Shown piece by piece: positions 1 through 6,902 of a stretch of DNA of 36,053 nt. This DNA comes from Nitrospirota bacterium (lineage in GTDB: Bacteria > CG2-30-53-67 > CG2-30-70-394): positions 1 to 36,053 of the forward strand of contig JASFUG010000003.1 in NCBI GenBank assembly GCA_050050395.1, in the 5' to 3' direction. How positions within the stretch are numbered: position 1 is the first letter of the stretch; each line of letters begins with the position of its first letter. The notes beneath the pieces are model-generated. The model was given only the letters and a program-made list of their open reading frames with translations, searched no databases and was not told where the DNA came from. Both the position numbers and the translations under genes were made by a program.

Positions 1-42
1 GGAGTGCCGCGGTTCTTTAACCCGTAGCACGAGGAGGTCGTC

Positions 43-2160
43 ATGATCCATTCACGAGAGGGAAGTATACCGGTGATCCGCGGCAGGCGCTGGTTCTCGA
101 TGTTGTTCGTTGCTGCGCTCGCCCTGATCTTCACGCCGGACGCCGGGGCGTTTTCCAGCTTCGGTAACGGCAATTGCTCGGATTGCCACAGCAATGTCTT
201 CGCTGGCGGATCCGACTCCGCTGGCCATCAGGCGCACCTCGGGCTGGGTCTCCCGGACAGCTGCAACACATGCCATGTCTCCATCGGCGACAACCCATCC
301 ACGAGCCGATGCAACCAGTGCCATGTCGGGGCCGGCTTACGCCAGCACCATCGCTGGGCGAGTGCGCACGACTGCGCCCCCTGCCACTCCAACCCCGAGT
401 TCCCAGACCCGGAGAACACTGCGGTGCCGGGCTATGCCAACATCACGGCGGCGCTGGACCCCTGCGACGGCTCCGAGGAGCTGTTTGGTCCCAACGTGCC
501 GTTTGGCGCCGGGTCTTTCACCTTCAGCCTCGACAACGATGGCGACGGACTGACGGATGGCGACGATGACGACTGTGCACCGGCAGCGGAGTGCGGTAAC
601 GGCATCGTCGAGGGGGGCGAGGACTGCGACGACGGCAACATCGCCGACGGCGACTGCTGTAGCGCCACCTGTCAGTACGAGGCCGCCGATAGCTTCTGCG
701 ACGATGGCGACTTCTGTACCGACGGCGATGCCTGCGACGGTGCCGGCATCTGCGTGGCCGGTGGTGCCCGTAACTGCAGCGACGGCGTCGGCTGTACCGT
801 CGATTCTTGCGACTCGGTGAACGCCACCTGTGTCCACACTCCAGACGACTCGGCATGCGCGGACGACGGCCTGTTCTGCAACGGCGAGGAGTTCTGTGAC
901 GCGGTGAACGATTGCGCCTCGACCGGCAACCCGTGCGACGTCGGGACCGTTTGCAACGACGCGAACGACACCTGCGACCCGGAGCCGGCCTGCGGCAACG
1001 GCGTGGTGGAGCCCGGCGAGGAGTGCGATGGCGGCCCGTGCTGCGCGGCGGACTGCACATTTGCCGCGGCCGGCAGCGCCTGCGACGACGGCGACTTCTG
1101 CACCGACGGTGACGCCTGCGACGGTGCCGGTAGCTGCCAGGCGGGAGGGCCCACCGACTGCAGCGACGGCGTCGCCTGTACCGTCGACACCTGCGACTCG
1201 GCGAACGCCACGTGTGTCCACATCCCCGATGACGGCTTCTGCGACAACGGTGCCTTCTGCGACGGTGTCGAGATCTGCGATCCCATCGACGACTGCACCT
1301 CCCCCGGCGATCCCTGTCCTGCGGGCACGATGTGCGACGAGGCGACCGATGCCTGCGAGCCCATCGCCGGCTGTGGCGATGGCGTCCTCCAGCCCGGCGA
1401 GGAGTGTGACGACGGCAATACGGCCGACGGCGACTGCTGTGGCGCCGACTGTCAGTTCGAGGCCGCCGGAAGCCTCTGTGACGACGGCCAGTTCTGCACC
1501 GTGAGCGAGGTGTGTGACGGTGCCGGCGCCTGCGGTGACGGCCTGCCCCTCGACTGCGGCGACGGCATCGCCTGTACGAACGATGCCTGTGACGAGGCGA
1601 ACGCCACCTGCGTCCACACTCCGAACGACGCCAACTGCGACGACGACGGCCTGTTCTGCACCGGCCTGGAGTTCTGTGATCCGGCCAACGATTGCTCGTC
1701 CACGGGTGATCCCTGCGGCGCTGGCACGACGTGCAACGAAGACCTGGATAGCTGCGATCCTTCCGCAGAGATCGTCGACCTAGACATTCAGCGCCTCAAG
1801 GTCAACAGGCGTGTGCGGGTCGGACGCCGAGTGCGGATTGCGCTCAAGGTCTGGAACGACGGGGAGGTGGACGGCGCGCGTCCCGCGACCGTGGTGGGCG
1901 TGCAGGATGGCGTGGAGGTCTACCGCGAGACCCTGGACGTGTCCGATCCGCCGGAAGATGGCGCGACCCGGGTGCGGTTCCCAACGTACGTGCCACTAGC
2001 GCCCGGCGTCATTACGTGGACCGCGACCCTTGACGACGACGACCCGGACATCGATGAAGCTACCGCGAGGACGCGGGTGGTGGCACGGCGCGTCCGCCCT
2101 GCGGAGCCGGCGGGTGGCGACGACGACCATGACGAAGAGCGCGATGACGACCGTCGCTGA
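43..2160 (+). CDS. Secreted multiheme (4 x CxxCH) cytochrome c domain fused to three cysteine-rich repeat modules (Myxococcus Cys-rich/DUF4215-like) and a C-terminal beta-rich domain
   Basis: GAGGAGG RBS before ATG 43; signal peptide ending AGA|FS; CSDCH, CNTCH, CNQCH, CAPCH; DNDGDGLTD acidic motif; three CG[ND]G.....E.CD.G modules; C-terminal ~100 aa non-Cys domain. Confidence 0.85.
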   Translation: MIHSREGSIPVIRGRRWFSMLFVAALALIFTPDAGAFSSFGNGNCSDCHSNVFAGGSDSAGHQAHLGLGLPDSCNTCHVSIGDNPSTSRCNQCHVGAGLRQHHRWASAHDCAPCHSNPEFPDPENTAVPGYANITAALDPCDGSEELFGPNVPFGAGSFTFSLDNDGDGLTDGDDDDCAPAAECGNGIVEGGEDCDDGNIADGDCCSATCQYEAADSFCDDGDFCTDGDACDGAGICVAGGARNCSDGVGCTVDSCDSVNATCVHTPDDSACADDGLFCNGEEFCDAVNDCASTGNPCDVGTVCNDANDTCDPEPACGNGVVEPGEECDGGPCCAADCTFAAAGSACDDGDFCTDGDACDGAGSCQAGGPTDCSDGVACTVDTCDSANATCVHIPDDGFCDNGAFCDGVEICDPIDDCTSPGDPCPAGTMCDEATDACEPIAGCGDGVLQPGEECDDGNTADGDCCGADCQFEAAGSLCDDGQFCTVSEVCDGAGACGDGLPLDCGDGIACTNDACDEANATCVHTPNDANCDDDGLFCTGLEFCDPANDCSSTGDPCGAGTTCNEDLDSCDPSAEIVDLDIQRLKVNRRVRVGRRVRIALKVWNDGEVDGARPATVVGVQDGVEVYRETLDVSDPPEDGATRVRFPTYVPLAPGVITWTATLDDDDPDIDEATARTRVVARRVRPAEPAGGDDDHDEERDDDRR
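592..1770 (+). repeat. Intragenic tandem triplication of a ~130-aa Cys/Asp-rich module
   Basis: Modules start at 592 (CGNGIVEGGEDCDDGN), 991 (CGNGVVEPGEECDGG), 1372 (CGDGVLQPGEECDDGN); each contains CDDG.FCT...CDGAG.C, C.DG..CT.D.CD..NATCVH and G.FC.G.E.CD. Confidence 0.9.
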
Positions 2161-2204
2161 GCGTGGCGTAGCTCTCGCCCGGCCTCTCCCCTAGCCGGTG
2201 CGGG

Positions 2205-2238
2205 GATGAGGGAGGGGGGGTACCCCCCCTCCCTCATC
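2205..2238. terminator. Perfect 34-bp palindrome between convergent genes (possible bidirectional terminator or repeat remnant)
   Basis: GATGAGGGAGGGGGGGT|ACCCCCCCTCCCTCATC is its own reverse complement; both strands translate as MREGGYPPSLI in the ORF track; no U-tract. Confidence 0.55.
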
Positions 2239-2260
2239 GGTCATCACCATTCGCAGCGAG

Positions 2261-3028
2261 TCACGTCGCGGGAGACGGCGCGGCACCGATCTCATGCAGG
2301 AAGCGGTCGAAGAGCTCCAGCCCCGGCCACTGGCGCCGGCGCAGGGGGGTGTGGCGCGCGACCCAGTGCGGCACCAGGGTCAGGGGAATGAGACACGGCT
2401 CGATCCCGGCCACGGCGGCGGTGAGCCGCGCGAGCGGCGCCGCCAACGGTACGGGCATGTCCACCTTGGCGATGTCGTGGTCGTACGGCGTCCGGCACCA
2501 CTCGGCGGGCGACGTCACGTTGAAGTCGCGGCACACCACCGGCCGGTCGCCATGGATGCTGCACGACTCGTCCTCCAGGAACGGGCACGCCATGCCGAGA
2601 GTGAAGTAGCGCCGCGCGATGGGGAGGGACGACTCGCCGGTGAGGCGCGGTGCGAGCAGCTCGTCGACCATGGCCTCCGCCCGCAGGATCTCGACGATGC
2701 GCGCGAAGCGCTGCACCACCACCCGCCGGCGCGCCGGGGTGAGGCTATCGAGGAGATCAACGATGGCGAACGCCTCGGGGGGCGACACGGGCACCATGTG
2801 CCGGCAGCAAGCGCCGCAGCCGGCCCCGCAGGAGATCCGGCGCCCGGTCTGCTCCTCGATCTGCACCGCACGGGCCACCAGGGCGTTGGTCACCTCGTAG
2901 GCGATCCGCACCAATCCAGCGAGGCCCATCGATCCGGTGGTTACCGCCACCTTGCCGCGGATCACGCCGTCGGGCGTCGGCAGCTCGATTGCCCTCAGGA
3001 CCATCCCCGGCGGTAGGTTGCTCTCCAT
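2261..3028 (-). CDS. YkgJ-family (CxxCxxCC) zinc/iron-chelating cysteine cluster protein
   Basis: SCGAGCGACCRH and ACPFLEDESCSIHGDRPVVCRDF motifs; start reassigned to ATG 3028 behind GAAGGGAAGG. Confidence 0.85.
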   Translation of the reverse strand: MESNLPPGMVLRAIELPTPDGVIRGKVAVTTGSMGLAGLVRIAYEVTNALVARAVQIEEQTGRRISCGAGCGACCRHMVPVSPPEAFAIVDLLDSLTPARRRVVVQRFARIVEILRAEAMVDELLAPRLTGESSLPIARRYFTLGMACPFLEDESCSIHGDRPVVCRDFNVTSPAEWCRTPYDHDIAKVDMPVPLAAPLARLTAAVAGIEPCLIPLTLVPHWVARHTPLRRRQWPGLELFDRFLHEIGAAPSPAT

Positions 3029-3297
3029 CACCTTCCCTTCTCGCGGTGCAGCAGTCGTCAACGGCTTCGCCCCGGTGGAGCCCACCGGAGACGACGAGGA
3101 GACCGGTGCGCCCGTGGCGTCACTCTAACCGGACCACGGCGGGTCGTGACAACTTTGCATTGCTGGCCCCGTCCCCCGACCCTGGGGCGGTCCTGAGTTG
3201 GAGGCGGAGAAAAGGGGCCGATTCGCCGAGGCCGGCCGCTGTGGTGGGCGTGGGTGGCGACGCCGGCCCGGCACGGAGTCGCCCATGATGCGGAAAG

Positions 3298-5001
3298 GTG
3301 ACAGCCATCGCTGAGCAGATCGACACCCCGGACCCCGCTGCCGATGCGCTGGAGGCGGTGGTGCGCTATCACGAGCGCACCAAGCACCAGCCGAACCGCT
3401 ACGCGCGCTCCCTTGGCTACATGGACTGGGCGACGCAGCCCGATCCGTTTCGCCGCTTCATGGGTGCGCCGCTCGTCGCCCTGGACCGGGTGGAGCCCGG
3501 CTCGGTACCGACCTACGACGCCCTGTTCGGCGGAGGCGCCATCGCTTCCCGGCCGGTGGATCGCGCAGCGATCTCGCAGCTCTTCTTCGACAGCCTCGCC
3601 CTCTCGGCGTGGAAGGTGTACGGGCCGTCGCGCTGGTCCCTGCGGGTCAACCCCTCCAGCGGCAACCTCCACCCCACCGAGGGCTATCTCGTGGCCGGGC
3701 CAATCGCGGGGCTGACCGATCAGGCCGGCGTCTACCACTATGCGCCCCACGAGCACGCCCTGGAGGAGCGCTGGACTCTGGAGCCGGCGGCCTGGGAGGC
3801 GTTGCGACGCGGGTGGCCCGACGGCACCGTGTTCGTCGGCCTCACTAGCATCTACTGGCGGGAGGCGTGGAAGTACGGTGAGCGCGCCTTCCGCTACTGC
3901 CAGCACGACGTGGGTCATGCGATGGCGGCCATTGCCATCGCCGCGCGGATCCTTGGGTGGTCGGCCGTGTTGCTGGAGGGATCACCCGACGCGGCCCTGG
4001 CCGGTCTGCTGGCGATCGACCGGCAGGAAGGGATCGAGGCGGAGCACCCGGATTGCCTGATCGCGGTCGTGCCCGCCGGCGCAGTGGAGGACCTAGCAGC
4101 GGCACGCAGGTGGCAGATCCCGACCGCAGTGCTGGCGGAGCTCGCCGGTCGTGAACCGGCCGGCGTTCCCAGTCGATTGAGCGGCGACCACCACCCGTGG
4201 CCGGTCATCGACACGGTGTCGGAGGCCGCGACCAAGGACGCCCCGCCTGGCGAGGGCTTCTCGGATCCGGCGCCGCACGGCGCCACGCCTCCGGCATCGC
4301 ATCGCCCTTCACTCTCCGCCCGCCAGATCGTCCGCCAGCGGCGCAGCGCCGTGGCCATGGACGGTGCCACGGCAATCGACCGGGAGGCGTTCTACCGGAT
4401 GCTCCAGGCGGTGGTTCCGGCGACCAACGGCGCCGTTTTCGGCGCCCTCCCGTGGCGACCCCGGGTCCACCTGGCGATATTCGTCCACCGCGTGCACGAC
4501 CTCGTCCCGGGCCTCTATCTCCTGGTCCGTGAGGCCAGTGCAGCGGAGAGACTGCGCGAGACCATCACCGGGCCCGTCCTCTGGGAGCTCGCCGATGGCT
4601 GCCCCGACGGCCTCGGCCTTTACCTACTGGAGCGGGGCGACTTCCGCGACGGCGCGCGCCTGGTCTCCTGCCAACAGGAGATTGCCAGCGACGGCGCGTT
4701 CGCCCTCGGGATGCTCGCGGAGTTCGAGGGGCCGATCGCCGACTACGGCCCGTGGTTCTACAAGCGGCTGTTCTGGGAGACCGGCGCGATCGGCCAGGTC
4801 CTCTACCTGGAGGCCGAGGCCGCCGGCATCCGCGCCACCGGCATCGGATGTTTCTTCGACGACGTGATGCACCAGATCCTCGGTATCGAGGACCGCCGCC
4901 TCCAGTCCCTCTACCACTTCACCGTCGGCGGCCCCCTCGACGACCCCCGCCTCCGCACCGAGCCCCCGTACGCGCATCTGAAATCAGGAGCATCCGGCTG
5001 A
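3298..5001 (+). CDS. SagB/ThcOx-family nitroreductase-fold dehydrogenase (two domains)
   Basis: YHERTKH, LRVNPSSGNLHPTEGY, REAWKYGERAFRYCQHDVGH, RQRRSAVAMDG, TGIGCFFDD, YHFTVG. Confidence 0.9.
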   Translation: MTAIAEQIDTPDPAADALEAVVRYHERTKHQPNRYARSLGYMDWATQPDPFRRFMGAPLVALDRVEPGSVPTYDALFGGGAIASRPVDRAAISQLFFDSLALSAWKVYGPSRWSLRVNPSSGNLHPTEGYLVAGPIAGLTDQAGVYHYAPHEHALEERWTLEPAAWEALRRGWPDGTVFVGLTSIYWREAWKYGERAFRYCQHDVGHAMAAIAIAARILGWSAVLLEGSPDAALAGLLAIDRQEGIEAEHPDCLIAVVPAGAVEDLAAARRWQIPTAVLAELAGREPAGVPSRLSGDHHPWPVIDTVSEAATKDAPPGEGFSDPAPHGATPPASHRPSLSARQIVRQRRSAVAMDGATAIDREAFYRMLQAVVPATNGAVFGALPWRPRVHLAIFVHRVHDLVPGLYLLVREASAAERLRETITGPVLWELADGCPDGLGLYLLERGDFRDGARLVSCQQEIASDGAFALGMLAEFEGPIADYGPWFYKRLFWETGAIGQVLYLEAEAAGIRATGIGCFFDDVMHQILGIEDRRLQSLYHFTVGGPLDDPRLRTEPPYAHLKSGASG

Positions 5002-5099
5002 TGGGGTCGAGTTGGCAGCCGCTCTTCACTGCGGGCAAACTCGTCCACGGACTGACTCGAATCACGGCGACGGTAATCACTGAGCCAGTGGTGCTGTGA

Positions 5100-5438
5100 A
5101 TGAAACTGCCAAACGCGGAGAAGGCGAAGGTCGACCGGGAGAAGGTCACGGGGTACCTGCTATGCACTTCGCATTCCGATGGCGCCAATAAGGCTGCTTT
5201 TTTCTCCCGGTACGGTTTCACCGCGGGAGCGTGGGAGGTGCTCGCTGAGGCATTGCAAGACCACGGGAGGTCGCACCCTGTGTGTGGATCAGTGCCCTCC
5301 GCCTACGGAACGAGGTACAGTGTGGACGGACCACTCAAGAGCCCCGATGGGCGGAATCCGAAGGTGAGAACCGTTTGGATCGCTGAACGTGGAAGCGAGA
5401 CCCCGAGGCTGATAACGGCCTACCCGGTGAAGGAGTGA
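5100..5438 (+). CDS. DUF6883-like protein (putative toxin/nuclease component)
   Basis: MKLPNAEKA.V..EK..GYLL..SH.DG..KA.FF, YGTRY...G.LKSPDGR...VRTVWI, PRLITAYP; recognised from pattern only. Confidence 0.75.
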   Translation: MKLPNAEKAKVDREKVTGYLLCTSHSDGANKAAFFSRYGFTAGAWEVLAEALQDHGRSHPVCGSVPSAYGTRYSVDGPLKSPDGRNPKVRTVWIAERGSETPRLITAYPVKE

Positions 5439-5441
5439 GCT

Positions 5442-5672
5442 GTGATCCGAGAGCATGATCGCGTCGTCTTAGTCGCCGACGTGCCTGAACAGGATATCAA
5501 GGCCGGCGACGTCGGGACCGTTGTCCATGTCTACTCCGGGGGTGCCGCCTACGAGGTGGAGCTGATGACCCTGACCGGGGAGACCGTTGCCGTGCTCACC
5601 CTGTCCGCCGACCAGGTCCGAGAGGTACGCGCAGGAGAAGTCGCCCACGCCCGCCCCCGCGAGGCGGCCTGA
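5442..5672 (+). CDS. DUF4926-like small protein (putative partner/antitoxin)
   Basis: EHDRVVL..DVP...IKAGDVGTVVHVY....AYEVE......GET.AV.T; AAGGAG RBS inside the end of the upstream gene; 3-nt gap. Confidence 0.8.
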   Translation: MIREHDRVVLVADVPEQDIKAGDVGTVVHVYSGGAAYEVELMTLTGETVAVLTLSADQVREVRAGEVAHARPREAA

Positions 5673-6051
5673 GCAGCTTCGTCACACGCCTTGCGCGCCC
5701 GGCCGCTTACCGCGGAGGACGTCAAGGTTCGCAAAAGGCCTGGCGGTAACCTGCCATCATCGCTCGCCGCCGCGAGGCGTGCGGAGGTGGCGGCGCGGTT
5801 GGTTTCAACGTAACGACACCAGGGCGCAAAGAGGTTGACCTACGGGGCAAGCGACGCCCGGCCGGTTCACTGACGGCCCTTCCGTTGGGCCGGATCGGCC
5901 GTGCGAAATGCGATAGCGCCGGCCAGACCCTCGCAACTAGTCTCCGTAGGCTACGAAGCGTGGGAGACCTAACGTCGTCTTCTTTCGCCTATTTGCCAGA
6001 TCTTGTTACCGACCATCTTTTAGGGAGATCCAATAAACGCAACCGAAGCCT

Positions 6052-6609
6052 TTGTTAGTTTTCCTATCTTTAGTCATAGGTTGTGCATTGACCTCTTGTA
6101 GTGCCCCACAAGTACAGAGAATGACAGAGCCGACGTTAGCATCTTCTAGAATTAATATAGACTTCGGATTCTCCTTTCAGCCGATATTGGAGTATGGAAC
6201 AGAAATCTGGGACAGGGGCGCGATGCTGGATGACCTGAGAAAGCACGGCAGCGGGACCATAGTAATCGGTCTGTTTCGTATGAAGAGGTCCGACGACGCT
6301 TTGGGGCAAGAAAAACGACTAGACGAATTTCTAACAGGCTATCTCAGGTCACAAAATGGCGTGTATGTAAAAGGGCCTGTGTCGCCCATTACGGTGGGTG
6401 GCCATGACGGGGTAGCAATTGAGACAACCGGTTTGTTTCGCCGTAGGCCTTTCCAAGGCCGCGCGGTCCTGGCGCCGCAAAGTGAGTCGGAAGACATGGT
6501 TGGTCTCTGTTTTGGCCTTACAAAGGCAAATGAAAATAGATGGGCGAATGAAGGACGTGAGGCGTGTGACACAGTGCTTAGCTCAGTAACATTTTCCGTG
6601 CGGAAATAA
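6052..6609 (+). CDS. Hypothetical lipoprotein, low GC, probably horizontally acquired
   Basis: 185-aa open frame in a visibly AT-richer segment with many A/T-ending codons; hydrophobic N-terminus with LTSC lipobox; TTG start uncertain. Confidence 0.6.
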   Translation: MLVFLSLVIGCALTSCSAPQVQRMTEPTLASSRINIDFGFSFQPILEYGTEIWDRGAMLDDLRKHGSGTIVIGLFRMKRSDDALGQEKRLDEFLTGYLRSQNGVYVKGPVSPITVGGHDGVAIETTGLFRRRPFQGRAVLAPQSESEDMVGLCFGLTKANENRWANEGREACDTVLSSVTFSVRK

Positions 6610-6685
6610 GCAAGATAAGGAGGAGCTTTGAGGCGGTGCCAGGCATGCAAACTTGGAGGGAAAGCGCGCTCGGAGAAGAAGACCC

Positions 6686-6765
6686 CTGAGGAAGCCAGGA
6701 GGCCAGGAGTAGCCTCCCGACGCCGGGCGATCTCCCATGCTCTCGTGCCTTCCTGGATTCCTCAG
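6686..6765. repeat. Imperfect inverted repeat with 24-bp arms (periodic-arm family)
   Basis: CTGAGGAAGCCAGGAGGCCAGGAG (6686-6709) vs CTCGTGCCTTCCTGGATTCCTCAG (6742-6765): 20/24 complementary. Confidence 0.75.
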
Positions 6766-6833
6766 CGAAGCTCGCGTCCGGCAGCCGCCGTGGTTCCAGC
6801 GAACCTCTGTCGATAGGAAGGCGCCGCTACGCG

Positions 6834-6899
6834 AATCTGCGTCCATCTGTGGTTCCTTCTTGCCCTCCGTTCTCTGCGTCCTCTGCGGCTCTGCGGTGA
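6834..6899 (-). repeat. Two unpaired arms of the periodic-arm repeat family just after the helicase stop
   Basis: Minus strand reads TCACCGCAGAGCCGCAGAGGACGCAGAG (6899-6872), similar to the 9441/9518 arms, then AACCACAGATGGACGCAGAT (6854-6835). Confidence 0.7.
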
Positions 6900-6902
6900 G
6901 AC

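Noticed and set aside
592-1770. Repeated DNA as a CRISPR array or further heme sites
   Set aside because: Repeats are in-frame coding modules without unique spacers, and contain no CxxCH
3298-5001. RiPP (azole) biosynthetic cluster
   Set aside because: No YcaO, precursor peptide, protease or exporter nearby
5030-5095. c-di-GMP-I riboswitch suggested by GGGCAAAC
   Set aside because: No GNRA-capped P2 or GACGCAAA segment follows
5965-5976. attC-like ACCTAAC core (integron cassette)
   Set aside because: Not at a gene 3' end, no matching GTTRRRY at suitable distance, no integrase in the window
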